This document shows positions 31,277 through 41,204 of a DNA stretch of 64,000 bases, one piece after another. Source of the DNA: an uncultured Verrucomicrobiae bacterium. GTDB lineage: Bacteria > Verrucomicrobiota > Verrucomicrobiia > Chthoniobacterales > JAFAMB01. Numbering within the stretch: position 1 is the stretch's first letter; every line of letters begins with the position of its first letter. The notes beneath the pieces were generated by a model. It was not told where the DNA came from, made no database searches, and saw nothing but the letters and a program-made list of their open reading frames with translations. The stretch lies in assembly GCA_963837955.1 (NCBI GenBank), contig CAWIPH010000002.1:4976316-5040315 (forward strand), written 5' to 3'. The position numbers and the translations under genes are program-made.

Positions 31277-32583
31277 TGCGCAACGTAAGCAAACATCAAC
31301 GTCGCTTCTGAAGTTACTTCTCCGTTGACCAAGCAGCGGCAACTCGCCTTGGCAATAGTTGCCTTAGCTCGGACCAGCTCTGCTTCGATAATTAAGGTGT
31401 CTCCAGGCAGAACCGGTTTGCGAAACTTCACCTCGTCCGCACTCATGAAATACCCAATTCCGCTCAAGGAAGTTCGTTTGCTCATCAAAATGCTCGCCAC
31501 TTGAGCCATCGCTTCCAATTGCAGCACTCCCGGCATCACTGGATGGCCGGGAAAATGTCCTTGAAAATAGGGTTCATTGATTGTCACCGATTTCATCCCG
31601 ACAATTTTGTTCTCCCCCTCAAATGCCAGGATTCGGTCAATCATAAGAAACGGGAATCGGTGGGGCAACACTGCTTGGACGTCGGTTACATCCATCACAG
31701 CTGAGCCGCGAGGAATGACCTGGGGTGGAACCATCGCCAACATCTGGGCGCGCCGCTTCCATATCGCCTTGGTTAGCTCGCTATTTGCGGCGTGACCCGG
31801 TTTCACCACGATGACATGCCCGCGGATTCGGCAACCCGCCAAAAAAAGATCACCTATGACATCTAAAATCTTGTGCCGGACAAATTCGTCCGGATAACGC
31901 AGCGGCTCCTTACTCATCAATGAATCGCCGCGTATGACGATCGCACTTTCAAGGCTTCCTCCGCGAATCAATCCTTTATCAAGCAACGGTTTGACGTCTT
32001 CGAAAAATACAAAGGTCCGAGCCTGAGCTATTTCCTTTTCGTAGATTTGCGGAGTGACTTCCGTGGAATAGAATTGGGTGAACCGGCCGTCCGGCCCTAC
32101 CTGCGTACAGGAAATTCGAAATTTTTCATCGGGCACGATAGTCAAGAGTGAGCCGCTCTTCGTCTCAACATGCAATGTGTCACGAATTTCGAAGACTTTG
32201 GCATAAGCACCCTGTTCTTCGAGGCCACATTTCTTGATAAGTTCCACGTAGGCTCGCGAGCTACCGTCGGCGATCGGCAGTTCGTTACCATTCATCTCTA
32301 CGATGGCATTATCGACTCCCATCCCATGCAGAGCGGAGAGTAAGTGCTCGACGGTATGAACTTTGACGTTCCCTTCCGCTAGGGTCGTGGCTCGTTCGAC
32401 CAGCCTGACGTTGTCAATTTTTGCTTCTACAGTCGGCTCATCCTTGAGGTCAATTCGTTTGAATTTGATCCCATGATCGAGTGGAGCGGGCTTCAAGGTC
32501 ACATTTACCTCTTCACCCGTGTGTAGAGAAGTCCCAGTCAGGCTAGCGGATTTAGCCAGCGTTTGTTGATGCGGAAACACCAT
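31273..32583 (-). CDS. lpxC: Bifunctional LpxC deacetylase / FabZ dehydratase
   Basis: HTVEHLLSAL and RHKILDVIGD (LpxC) fused to LPHRFPFLMID and GHFPGHPVMPGV (FabZ). Confidence 0.95.
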   Translation of the reverse strand: MVFPHQQTLAKSASLTGTSLHTGEEVNVTLKPAPLDHGIKFKRIDLKDEPTVEAKIDNVRLVERATTLAEGNVKVHTVEHLLSALHGMGVDNAIVEMNGNELPIADGSSRAYVELIKKCGLEEQGAYAKVFEIRDTLHVETKSGSLLTIVPDEKFRISCTQVGPDGRFTQFYSTEVTPQIYEKEIAQARTFVFFEDVKPLLDKGLIRGGSLESAIVIRGDSLMSKEPLRYPDEFVRHKILDVIGDLFLAGCRIRGHVIVVKPGHAANSELTKAIWKRRAQMLAMVPPQVIPRGSAVMDVTDVQAVLPHRFPFLMIDRILAFEGENKIVGMKSVTINEPYFQGHFPGHPVMPGVLQLEAMAQVASILMSKRTSLSGIGYFMSADEVKFRKPVLPGDTLIIEAELVRAKATIAKASCRCLVNGEVTSEATLMFAYVAQ

Positions 32584-32631
32584 AGCGGAACGTCCGAGTT
32601 AACACATTCGCCCCTGGGAGGCAACCTCCGC

Positions 32632-32843
32632 TAGAAGTTACCGGTTACAAGTTGCAGGTTGCAGGTTACAAGTTGACCGAGGGCGTCGGACACGTGGGAA
32701 ACCAGCGAATAACCCAAGATGCACCGAGGAATCGAGCCCGGTTCCGTCATCCTGCAGGCCTGATCAATTCCAATTCTGGTTCGAATGCTCGCTGAGGTCC
32801 GACCCGTAACCTGCAACCTGTAACTTGTAACCTGCAACTTCTT
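32632..32843. repeat. MITE-like element with heptamer-repeat (GTTGCAG/GTTACAR) inverted ends
   Basis: AGAAGTTACCGGTTACAAGTTGCAGGTTGC at left is inverted at right (GTAACCTGCAACCTGTAACTTGTAACCTGCAACTTCT). Confidence 0.65.
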
Positions 32844-33972
32844 AACCAAACCGATCCAATCGAAACGGGGACAAATCGTATCTGCTTTTTTGTCGCAGCA
32901 CCAAGTCTTTGGCAAGTTCACCGAGCGCAGTCGCGTATTTGAACCCGTGTCCACTTAACCCTGCGATCACCCACGCTCCAGGGAAATCGGGCAATTCATC
33001 AATGATGAAATGACGATCGGGTGAGTGCTCAAAAAAGGCGGTTTGCATCGACAAGAGAGGACCATTGGCATCGGGAAAATGCTTTTCCAAAAACTGCCGG
33101 AGATCTTGTTCATCGCGAGAATCGGGCTCCAGCATGGAGACATCGGGATCAACTTCGTCCAGATTGCGCGATAATCTGCCGAGTTTGAATCCGGGAATTC
33201 CAAAAACAGGCAATCCGTAGAAATGACCGCCATTTGGCGAATCAATGATCCAGACCGGAAGCGATCCAACTCCAAACCACGCAGAGTTTTTCTTGGGCTG
33301 AAACCAGCCGAGTACCGCGCGTTCGGGCCGGACCCGAACACCGTGTCCGGCTAGTTTAGAGGCCCAGGCGCCGATGGTGAAAACGATCTGTCCAACCTCG
33401 TAGCGTTCCTGCGTCGTTTGAATCGTGTAGCCCGCTCCATTTGCGTCCCAACGGATCATTTTCTCGTGCCCGCGAATCTCCGCACCGTGATGACATGCGC
33501 CGTTCACGTGCGCGGTGATCGACCCTTCCGCCAAAACAAACCCGGAGTTCGGCTGGAAGATCGCTACCATCTCATCGCAGATGCGCAGGACCGGATAGCG
33601 ACGCCGCAACTCGACCGCAGCGAACATTTCATGCGGAATGTTCCAGCGCTGGCACGAGTTCAGAGATCCAATAACGATCGACGACTCAGGCAATCCAATA
33701 TCCAGACTGCCGGTCTGGTAGAATAACTGGGTGCCGCTGATCTTTTCTAGCTCGTACCACAGCTCCAGCGCACGTCGCACCAAAGGAACATAGGTTTCAT
33801 TTTCATGTAACCCCTCGCGAAGAATACGGGTTACTCCATGAGAGCTGCCACGTGAATGCGGAATCGAAAACTGCTCGATTCCTACTACGTGAAGACCCGC
33901 TCTGGCCAGATGATAACAAGCAGCGCTGCCGATCCCGCCAACTCCGAGAACAGCGACATCAAAAATCTTCAT
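32842..33972 (-). CDS. solA: Monomeric sarcosine oxidase / N-methyl-L-tryptophan oxidase family flavoprotein
   Basis: GVGGIGSA FAD motif, HSRGSSHGVTRI, PDRHFIID, GLSGHGFK. Confidence 0.85.
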   Translation of the reverse strand: MKIFDVAVLGVGGIGSAACYHLARAGLHVVGIEQFSIPHSRGSSHGVTRILREGLHENETYVPLVRRALELWYELEKISGTQLFYQTGSLDIGLPESSIVIGSLNSCQRWNIPHEMFAAVELRRRYPVLRICDEMVAIFQPNSGFVLAEGSITAHVNGACHHGAEIRGHEKMIRWDANGAGYTIQTTQERYEVGQIVFTIGAWASKLAGHGVRVRPERAVLGWFQPKKNSAWFGVGSLPVWIIDSPNGGHFYGLPVFGIPGFKLGRLSRNLDEVDPDVSMLEPDSRDEQDLRQFLEKHFPDANGPLLSMQTAFFEHSPDRHFIIDELPDFPGAWVIAGLSGHGFKYATALGELAKDLVLRQKSRYDLSPFRLDRFG

Positions 33973-34001
33973 CGGAGCCGGTTTCTAGATTTCGAAGAAT
34001 G

Positions 34002-34270
34002 GTCCCGGAGGGACACGGTGAAAGTAGCCCAGCACCTTTGTGCTGGGTACAGACCAATCATCACGGTGCCGTCCCGCCAGGGACGATCGAAGGGCTTCTT
34101 CACCAAAATTTATAAATTTTCAAGACGACTATTGTCAGTTCCTAAATACCAATGATGTGCAAATTGGGGGCAAAGACGCGCTTCGATCGTCCCTGGCGGG
34201 ACGGGCCTCTCTTTTGGAATCAACCCAGCAATAAATTGCTGGGCTACTTTCACTGTATCCCTTCGGGATC
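34002..34270. repeat. REPIN-like inverted pair of multi-hairpin repeats
   Basis: GTCCCGGAGGGAC..GAAAGTAGCCCAGCA..TGCTGGG..CCGTCCCGCCAGGGACGATCGA at left, inverted copy at right, ~70-bp spacer. Confidence 0.75.
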
Positions 34271-34359
34271 GCTGATTAGCGCTCGTCTCGATGTCCTCCA
34301 AGACGTTATGTTGACGCACACGCTAGATCGTTATCGGCGTTCCCGGCGTTATCGGCGTT

Positions 34360-35721
34360 TCAAAAGAGGGTCAGATAATTCTCAATCTCCCAGCCTGACA
34401 CACTTCGGTGATAATCGGTCCACTCTCGACGTTTTAAATCCAGGAATTCATCGCGGATCGGGCCGAGTGCATTGAGAATAACCGAGTCTCGTTCGAGTTC
34501 GAACAACGCCTCCAGCAACGTTTGCGGAAGGGTTCTCATCCCTCTCTTTCGGATCGCCATGGGAGTAAGTTCATACAGATTTTCGTGATTGGGCTCACCA
34601 GGATCTCTGCCTTCCTCGATGCCATCCAGGCCAGCCGCTAAATAGGCTGCGAACACCAGATAGGGATTACACCCAGCCGAAACGGTTCGATCCTCCACAT
34701 GACCTGGACCGCAAACGCGCTGCATTTGGGTGCGATTATTCCCACCGTAACTAATAAAGGCCGGCGTCCAGGTGAAACCCGATCGCGCACTGTAGAGTCC
34801 CTCCCCTACTTGTAGACGTTTATAACAGTTCACGGTTGGCGATAAGATCGCGCAGAGGGCCGGGGCATGTTTGAGAACACCACCAAGGAACTGATAAGCT
34901 AATTTGGACAACCCCATCCCGCGGCTATCTTCATGATCCTCAAACAAATTGTTTCCGGTCCGGTCGGCCACATGATAGTGCATATGCGCGCCACTGCCGG
35001 TTCGATCGGCAAACGGTTTGGCCATATGCGTAGCGACGGCTCCATACTTAGGCGCCACCTGTGAAGTCATCATCTTGAAAAACGTATAGCGATCCGCGGT
35101 CGTTAACGCGTCAGCGTACTGAAAGTTCACTTCATATTGGCCATTCGCATCTTCATGATCGGCTTGGTAGGCGCCCCAGCCCAGCTGATTGCAATAGCCC
35201 ACGATTTCTTGGAGATAGCCGAACGCCGATGAGATCCCTTTAAAGTCATAACAAGGCTTGGGTAATTGATCGATATTGGCCGGATCCCAAGGCTGGATCG
35301 AACCGTCCGGTTTCCTCGTCACCAGGAAGTGTTCCGGTTCAAGTCCGACATTCAGAAAAAATCCAAACTTCTCGGCCGCCTCCTTTAGTGCTCGCTGCAA
35401 GTTCAGACGAGGACAATACGGATACGGCTTTCCCTCAACGTAGAGGTCTCCGACAAATCGAGCCATTCCGGGATACCAAGGAAGAGGCGTATACGTGTTG
35501 AGATCGACCCGGGCCATCATATCCGGGGAGTTCGGTCCTTGGGCGAACCCGCCAATGGCGGCGCCAGCGAATCCGGCCCCCTCATCGATCAGAGCGTCCA
35601 ACGCTTCTACCGGACACATTTTTACTTTGGCTGAGCCGCTCAGATCAACGAACTGAACAAGCAAAAAACTGACCTTCTCCTCTTTTAGACGTGATTTAAC
35701 ACTTTCGCGCAAGCTCGACAT
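34360..35721 (-). CDS. gmaS: Type III glutamate-ammonia ligase / gamma-glutamylmethylamide synthetase-like (GlnT/GmaS)
   Basis: GAGFAG, KPCYD, YQADHEDANGQYE, WTPAFISYGGNNRT; adjacent to mgsABC-like genes. Confidence 0.8.
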   Translation of the reverse strand: MSSLRESVKSRLKEEKVSFLLVQFVDLSGSAKVKMCPVEALDALIDEGAGFAGAAIGGFAQGPNSPDMMARVDLNTYTPLPWYPGMARFVGDLYVEGKPYPYCPRLNLQRALKEAAEKFGFFLNVGLEPEHFLVTRKPDGSIQPWDPANIDQLPKPCYDFKGISSAFGYLQEIVGYCNQLGWGAYQADHEDANGQYEVNFQYADALTTADRYTFFKMMTSQVAPKYGAVATHMAKPFADRTGSGAHMHYHVADRTGNNLFEDHEDSRGMGLSKLAYQFLGGVLKHAPALCAILSPTVNCYKRLQVGEGLYSARSGFTWTPAFISYGGNNRTQMQRVCGPGHVEDRTVSAGCNPYLVFAAYLAAGLDGIEEGRDPGEPNHENLYELTPMAIRKRGMRTLPQTLLEALFELERDSVILNALGPIRDEFLDLKRREWTDYHRSVSGWEIENYLTLF

Positions 35722-35788
35722 ACCTCTCTCGCTAATGATGATGGGCCCGCACAGCGGGCCCAGATTCCTGGACTAAGTTATGTGCGGC

Positions 35789-37279
35789 TTAACTAGCAGC
35801 ATCCGCACCATCTTCTGGCCGGTACACCGCATTGATTAAGCTTGTCTCTGAGCCGGCGAATTTCTTTTTTACTTCGAACCGATCGTGCACCGATGCGAGA
35901 TCGCTTCGCATCGCATCCATCATATGGGAAGACTTGAACCGCAGCCAAACGAACCATCCGATTCCGACGAGTAGGTAAATACCGAAATAGATTGGGAACT
36001 TGTCCGCTGGCGGCGCCGGCACCGGATAAAATGCCGCAATGAGCGGCATGAGCATCAGAGCGATCGAAATTACGGACACGACGATATTCGTTGCCTTGAG
36101 CGCTCCCAGCGACTTGAGGTAAACCGGCGCAGCGATCGAGACCAGGATGTAAACGATTAGGAACCCAAAGGTCGCGATCGTGCTGAAGTCATTGAATATG
36201 TCCAGTACTCCCAGGCCGAACCAACCAAAGAGCGCCGAGAAAACAAATGTGAGCAAGGCACAAACCGTCACCGCGTGGTGAGGTGTCTCATTTTTGCCAT
36301 GAGCCAAACCAAGGTTGCCGTGGAAGACCCCATGTCGTCCCATGGTAAAGATGACTCGTGAAGCCGCATTAATAGAAGCGAGAGTACAAGCCCACATGCT
36401 GACGACCGCACCGACGGAAATAAGCACGCCCATGAAAGGCAAGTGAGCGACGTCAGCCAAATCGTTGAAAGGAGCGGTGCTCTTGTCCAACGGATCCGGG
36501 AGCCCGCGAAAACCGAGAGTGGCCACATATGAGCAGAACACGAAGAAAATGCCGCTGATCAGGGCGCTCATCAGCACTGCCCGCGGAATAAAAACCAGCG
36601 GTCGCTTAGCTTCCTCGCCTAGAGCGGTTGCGCTTTCGTAACCGACATAACTAAAAATCGCCAAAATAAGCCCTAAGCGAAAACCATCGAAGCTAAGTCC
36701 CTCCAGCTTTAGCTGAGCAGGATCGATCACCGTTCCGTGTTGCATGAACACGATCGAGCACACTACTAAGATCAAGATCATCGATCCGCCTTCCAGGAGA
36801 AGCATGATGCGGGTAGAAAGCTGAATATCCTTGTATGCCACCAGCCAGACCAGAAACGTCCCGATGGCGAAAAGAACCACCGGCGGAACTGAGAGGTGAA
36901 CCATGTTCAGCAAGATCAATGCGTAATTCACCGACCCGGCTAAGACCGCGATTGCCGTGAAAATGTAAGCTAGGATTAGACACCAACCGGCGATAAATCC
37001 CATGCTCGGCCCAAGGCCATGGCCAATACAGACGTAAAGGGCGCCTGGCGAAGCGGAACGCTTAGCAAATTCATTGATGCTCAGTCCGACCAACATGAGG
37101 GCGGCAGTGGCTACCAGATAGGTAAGCCAGGTGCCATTCCCGGCTGAAGCAAATACAAACGGCACGATTACGACCGGCGTTAAAGTCGGCGAGATATTGG
37201 CGACGGATTGGGATAGGATCTCTACAAAGGAGAGACAGGTGGACCTTAGCCCATAGCCTCCAGATTTAGCGGTGCTCAT
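35789..37279 (-). CDS. APC family amino acid/amine permease
   Basis: About 12 TM helices; SYVGYESATALGEEAK motif. Confidence 0.88.
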   Translation of the reverse strand: MSTAKSGGYGLRSTCLSFVEILSQSVANISPTLTPVVIVPFVFASAGNGTWLTYLVATAALMLVGLSINEFAKRSASPGALYVCIGHGLGPSMGFIAGWCLILAYIFTAIAVLAGSVNYALILLNMVHLSVPPVVLFAIGTFLVWLVAYKDIQLSTRIMLLLEGGSMILILVVCSIVFMQHGTVIDPAQLKLEGLSFDGFRLGLILAIFSYVGYESATALGEEAKRPLVFIPRAVLMSALISGIFFVFCSYVATLGFRGLPDPLDKSTAPFNDLADVAHLPFMGVLISVGAVVSMWACTLASINAASRVIFTMGRHGVFHGNLGLAHGKNETPHHAVTVCALLTFVFSALFGWFGLGVLDIFNDFSTIATFGFLIVYILVSIAAPVYLKSLGALKATNIVVSVISIALMLMPLIAAFYPVPAPPADKFPIYFGIYLLVGIGWFVWLRFKSSHMMDAMRSDLASVHDRFEVKKKFAGSETSLINAVYRPEDGADAAS

Positions 37280-37311
37280 AAGACAATCTCCGTGAACGAA
37301 ATTAGGTAAAT

Positions 37312-37328
37312 GTTTTCTATTAGGAAAC
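37312..37328. promoter_or_regulatory. Putative XRE-cupin operator (GTTT-N9-AAAC)
   Basis: GTTTTCTATTAGGAAAC upstream of permease; matches sites at 38308 and 42162. Confidence 0.5.
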
Positions 37329-37678
37329 CAGCGTTGCATGTTAAGCAATTACTATGCCATCCGCCGATTCAGGTGAGAATCCCTCTTTTCACCCGAAAAA
37401 CCCACCAAAGGAGAACCGGCCGATGTCGCTTCTTGTTCAACTCGGTTGCCTTCTGCTCAACTCGGACCGGTAGGGATACGCTCCTGCGCGTCCGTCTCCT
37501 GTCGGCGCGAAACAGGCCCAAGATCGGTAGGGCGAAAACCTGATTTCGTCTCAGCGAAATCGGTTCGAGCCGTTCGTGTTTTTGGCCAGTGGTGGATTAT
37601 GGGAACAGCCGCACCCGTGGCTCAAACTCGTAGGCGTTTCGAACTACCTCTCACCGATCACCGATTAGTGGTCAGTGA

Positions 37679-38299
37679 TCAGCCCGCCCTGCTCGACTCC
37701 TTCGGGTTACTGATGATGCTCAGAAAACGTACGGGCGGCGCATAGACCATCACGGGTCCATGCTCGATGGCGCCGTCAAAGAAAAGACTGTCGCCAGGGC
37801 TCAGGTGATAAATTTGGTCGTCGTGCCGGTAATCCATTTCTCCTTCCATCATAAAGAGCAATTCGTGACCGGGATGACGAAAAATGTTCTGGCTCGGATC
37901 GATCTTCCTCTCCTCGATGTTCATGAGGTAAGGTTCAAAATCTTTCTCAAACGGCAGACCAAACGCCAAAGACTGATAGTAGTGCCCCATCTTCGAACCC
38001 CGACCGACGATAATCTTTCTCTCGTTTTTCCGGATGAGTACCGCCCGCCGCTCTGAACCTTCAACCTGGAAGAAATAGCCAGGCCCCACTCCCAGCGCGG
38101 AAGCGATTCGGGTCAAGGTTGAAACAGGTGAAGAGACCAACCCATTCTCGATCTTGGAAAGCTGACCTTTGGTCAAGCGAACCCTCTCCGCCAGCTGATC
38201 GAGCGTCACAGTTCGCTGGAGCCGAAGCGTGCGAATGCGCTGTCCGATAAATTGTTCAACCGTCGGAGATTCTTCCGCGACTGCCTTTGCTTTCCTCAC
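37679..38299 (-). CDS. XRE family HTH regulator with cupin domain
   Basis: TLDQLAERVRLTKGQLSKIENG HTH; HPGHELLFMMEG..GDSLFFDG..HGP cupin; start GTG 38299 inferred. Confidence 0.88.
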   Translation of the reverse strand: MRKAKAVAEESPTVEQFIGQRIRTLRLQRTVTLDQLAERVRLTKGQLSKIENGLVSSPVSTLTRIASALGVGPGYFFQVEGSERRAVLIRKNERKIIVGRGSKMGHYYQSLAFGLPFEKDFEPYLMNIEERKIDPSQNIFRHPGHELLFMMEGEMDYRHDDQIYHLSPGDSLFFDGAIEHGPVMVYAPPVRFLSIISNPKESSRAG

Positions 38300-38307
38300 C
38301 AGCAAAA

Positions 38308-38324
38308 GTTTCCGCAAAAGAAAC
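38308..38324. promoter_or_regulatory. Putative XRE-cupin operator (autoregulation)
   Basis: GTTTCCGCAAAAGAAAC immediately upstream of regulator start. Confidence 0.5.
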
Positions 38325-38347
38325 TTTGTTGGCAAGGTCGAAAAAAC

Positions 38348-38560
38348 CACGCCAAGACGCCTGAGAATCTCACGCCTAGACGCAAAGGTTTCGGACCAGA
38401 GGAAAAAATCTCACGCAAAGACGCAAAGGCGCAAAGGTCATTAGATCTTATTAGCGACTCCTTCGATGGTCATAGAGATCCTTCACCAAAATTGGTTAAC
38501 AGAGGGGACCTATGCTCTTATCTGAAACCTTTGCGTCTTGGCGTCTTTGCGTGAGATTTC
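38348..38560 (-). mobile_element. Element C: non-autonomous derivative of element A
   Basis: Same CTCACGCAAAGACGC inverted ends and GGTTTCGGACCAGA linker; core contains CTTCACCAAAATTG(G/A)TTAACA as in the GxxExxY 3' end. Confidence 0.7.
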
Positions 38561-38574
38561 TCAGACGTCATTTG

Positions 38575-39894
38575 TCATGCGCAGCCTGGAATCCAGGCCG
38601 TTCCCGCGAGTGGCACTTTGGCCATGGCTGCGGCTTCAACGGTCAGAGCGACCAGATCCTCCGGCTCAAGATTTAGCACGTGACTCTTGCCGCAAGCTCG
38701 GGCGATTGTTTGAGCTTCCATCGTGAGCACTCGGAGATAGTTCGCCAGACGTCGTCCACCGTTAACTGGATCAAGTCGCTTGGCTAGCGCCGGATCCTGA
38801 GTGGAGATGCCAGCTGGATCGTTGCCATCTTGATAATCGTCATAAAAACCTGCGGCAGTTCCCAGCTTTTGATAATCGTCTTGGTATTTCGGAGAATTGC
38901 AACCCAGCGCAATCAAAGCGGCGGTTCCTATCGAAACCGCATCCGCGCCCATAGCTAACGCTTTTGCCACATCGGCACCGGAGCGAATTCCCCCGGAGAT
39001 AATCAGTTGCACTTTTCGATGCATTCCCATTTCAGACAGTGCTTCAACGGCTTGGCGTAAAGCTGGGAGGGTGGGAATGCCGACGTGTTCGATAAACACT
39101 TCTTGGGTTGCCCCTGTTCCTCCTTGCATTCCGTCCACCACTATCACATCGGCGCCAGCCTTCACCGCGAGCTTCACGTCAAAATAGGTTCGGGACGCAC
39201 CGACTTTTATGTAGATCGGTTTTTCCCAATCGGTAATTTCTCGAAGTTCTTCGATCTTGATTGCTAAATCGTCAGGCCCGGTCCAGTCCGGGTGTCGACA
39301 AGCACTCCTTTGATCAATCCCCGGCGGCAGAGTACGCATTTCGGCCACACGATCGCTGATCTTTCTTCCCAACAACATGCCGCCACCACCCGGTTTGGCT
39401 CCCTGACCGAGCACTATCTCGATCGCATCCGCTTTTCGTAAATCATCCGGATTCATTCCGTAACGGGAAGGCAAATACTGGTAGACCAAGATTTTGGAGG
39501 ACTGCCTCTCTTCGGCGGTCATCCCGCCATCTCCGGTGGTGGTGGAGGTTCCTAGTTCTGAAGCGCCGCGACCCAATGATTCTTTGGCCTCGGCTGACAA
39601 AGCACCGAAACTCATCCCTGCGATCGTGATTGGAATCTGCAAATGAATCGGCTTTTTGGCGTGAAGCGCACCGAGAACAACGTCAGTGCCACATCTTTCT
39701 CGGTACCCTTCCAGCGGGTAACGCGACATGCTGGCCCCGAGAAAAACCAGATCATCAAAGTGGGGCAATCGACGCTTCGAACCCCAACCTCGAATATCGT
39801 AAAGACCCGTTTCAGCGGCTCGCTGGATTTCGTGGATTACGTGGCGATCGAAGGTCGCCGATTCCCGCATTCCGGGAAATATTTCAGTGCTCAT
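38575..39894 (-). CDS. mgsC: FMN-binding glutamate synthase family protein (N-methylglutamate synthase subunit C, GlxD-like)
   Basis: GMSFGALS, GQGAKPGGGG, RSACRHPDWTGPDDL, DGMQGGT. Confidence 0.85.
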   Translation of the reverse strand: MSTEIFPGMRESATFDRHVIHEIQRAAETGLYDIRGWGSKRRLPHFDDLVFLGASMSRYPLEGYRERCGTDVVLGALHAKKPIHLQIPITIAGMSFGALSAEAKESLGRGASELGTSTTTGDGGMTAEERQSSKILVYQYLPSRYGMNPDDLRKADAIEIVLGQGAKPGGGGMLLGRKISDRVAEMRTLPPGIDQRSACRHPDWTGPDDLAIKIEELREITDWEKPIYIKVGASRTYFDVKLAVKAGADVIVVDGMQGGTGATQEVFIEHVGIPTLPALRQAVEALSEMGMHRKVQLIISGGIRSGADVAKALAMGADAVSIGTAALIALGCNSPKYQDDYQKLGTAAGFYDDYQDGNDPAGISTQDPALAKRLDPVNGGRRLANYLRVLTMEAQTIARACGKSHVLNLEPEDLVALTVEAAAMAKVPLAGTAWIPGCA

Positions 39895-39947
39895 AATCGT
39901 TATGAATTGCGGGAGCGTATAGCCGATCCGACGTAGTCCGGCGACCG

Positions 39948-40294
39948 CCCATGCGCGTCAACTTAAGACTTGGGAGTATACGAAGAGCACTGGTCCCGGC
40001 TTGTCCGCCGTAGCCAGGAGGGCGGAGGAGGAAGGGACCAACGAAAGTAGCCCAGCACGAAGTGCTGGGAAGTGGAGCAAAAAGAGATGTCCGTCCCGCC
40101 AGGGACGATAGAAAGGTTTGGCTCCTGGTCTCTCGCATGCCGCTCATGAACGTAAGCAGCCGTCGATCGTCCCGTCCGGGACGGTTCCCTTTTTTTGAAC
40201 GCCAACCCAGCACTTCGTACTGGGCTACTTTCGTTAAGTCCCTGCGGGACGAGTCTCGCCGCGTGCGCCTCGGTCTTAGCTTGACGCGCATTGG
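39948..40294. repeat. REPIN-like element between mgsB and mgsC
   Basis: Outer IR ATGCGCGTCAA/TTGACGCGCAT; inner GAAAGTAGCCCAG and CCGTCCC..GGGACGAT hairpin pairs as at 34002. Confidence 0.75.
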
Positions 40295-40433
40295 CAACTG
40301 CCGAATGACATCGGATCTCGTGCGGCGCGGATCGCGAGGATCCGACGTCGCAGAAGCGCACGGTCGTTGAGCGTGATGCATCAAAGCTATGTCGGACAGG
40401 CTGCGATCCCTCCCGACAGACGAAGGACCCTCT

Positions 40434-41126
40434 TTAATACAATGAGGCATTATCGATTTGAAAGTGATAGAGCCTGCGAGCCGAGCCATAACGTCTGAAC
40501 TCCTCTGGGCGCGCGTCGCATCCGGCCCGCTTCAAGAGTGTTTGCAGCAGCTCCAGATGTTTCGGCCGCATCTCCTTTTCGATGCAGTCCGTACCAAGGC
40601 TCTTAACGTGGCCGCGGACAAACAATCGAGCTTCATAGATGGAGTCACCCAAGGCGTCACCCACATCCCCACAAATCACCAGATTCCCAGTCTGAGCCAT
40701 AAACGCGCTCATGTGGCCGGCAGCGCCCTTGACGACAATGTCGATCCCTTTCATCGAGATGCCGCACCGCGCTGACGCATCCCCCTCAACGACAAGCAGA
40801 CCGCCGTGAGCAGCCGCGCCGGCGCATTGGCTGGCATTGCCATTCACGTGGACAAACCCGGACATCATGTTTTCAGCGACTCCGGTCGCGACATTTCCGT
40901 GGACGATCACGGTGGCTTCCTGATTCATCCCGGCACAGTAATATCCGGCGTGCCCTTCGATTTCTACCGTTACCGGCACACGGACCCCGCAGGCGATCGC
41001 ATGGGCCCCGCGAGGATTCAGAATCCGCCAGTGTTCTTCGTCACGCGCGGCATCCAGGTCATGCAGCCTCTGATTCAGCGCTCGAACGCTGGTCTTCGCG
41101 AGATCGACAGTCTGAGTAAACGTCAT
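40434..41126 (-). CDS. mgsB: GXGXG-motif protein (N-methylglutamate synthase subunit B, GlxC-like)
   Basis: GHAGYYCAGMN, GVAENMMSG, GDALGDSIYEA, YGSARRLYHF. Confidence 0.85.
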   Translation of the reverse strand: MTFTQTVDLAKTSVRALNQRLHDLDAARDEEHWRILNPRGAHAIACGVRVPVTVEIEGHAGYYCAGMNQEATVIVHGNVATGVAENMMSGFVHVNGNASQCAGAAAHGGLLVVEGDASARCGISMKGIDIVVKGAAGHMSAFMAQTGNLVICGDVGDALGDSIYEARLFVRGHVKSLGTDCIEKEMRPKHLELLQTLLKRAGCDARPEEFRRYGSARRLYHFQIDNASLY

Positions 41127-41204
41127 ATTGCCATCCGTTGATTACCCTCTGCTAGAGGGGGTTCAGAATTCAGAATCTTGTTCTATCCGCCGGTAATTTC
41201 TTGT

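Noticed and set aside
39884..40489. 201-aa and 132-aa ORFs between mgsB and mgsC
   Set aside because: They run through palindromic repeat DNA with non-protein-like composition
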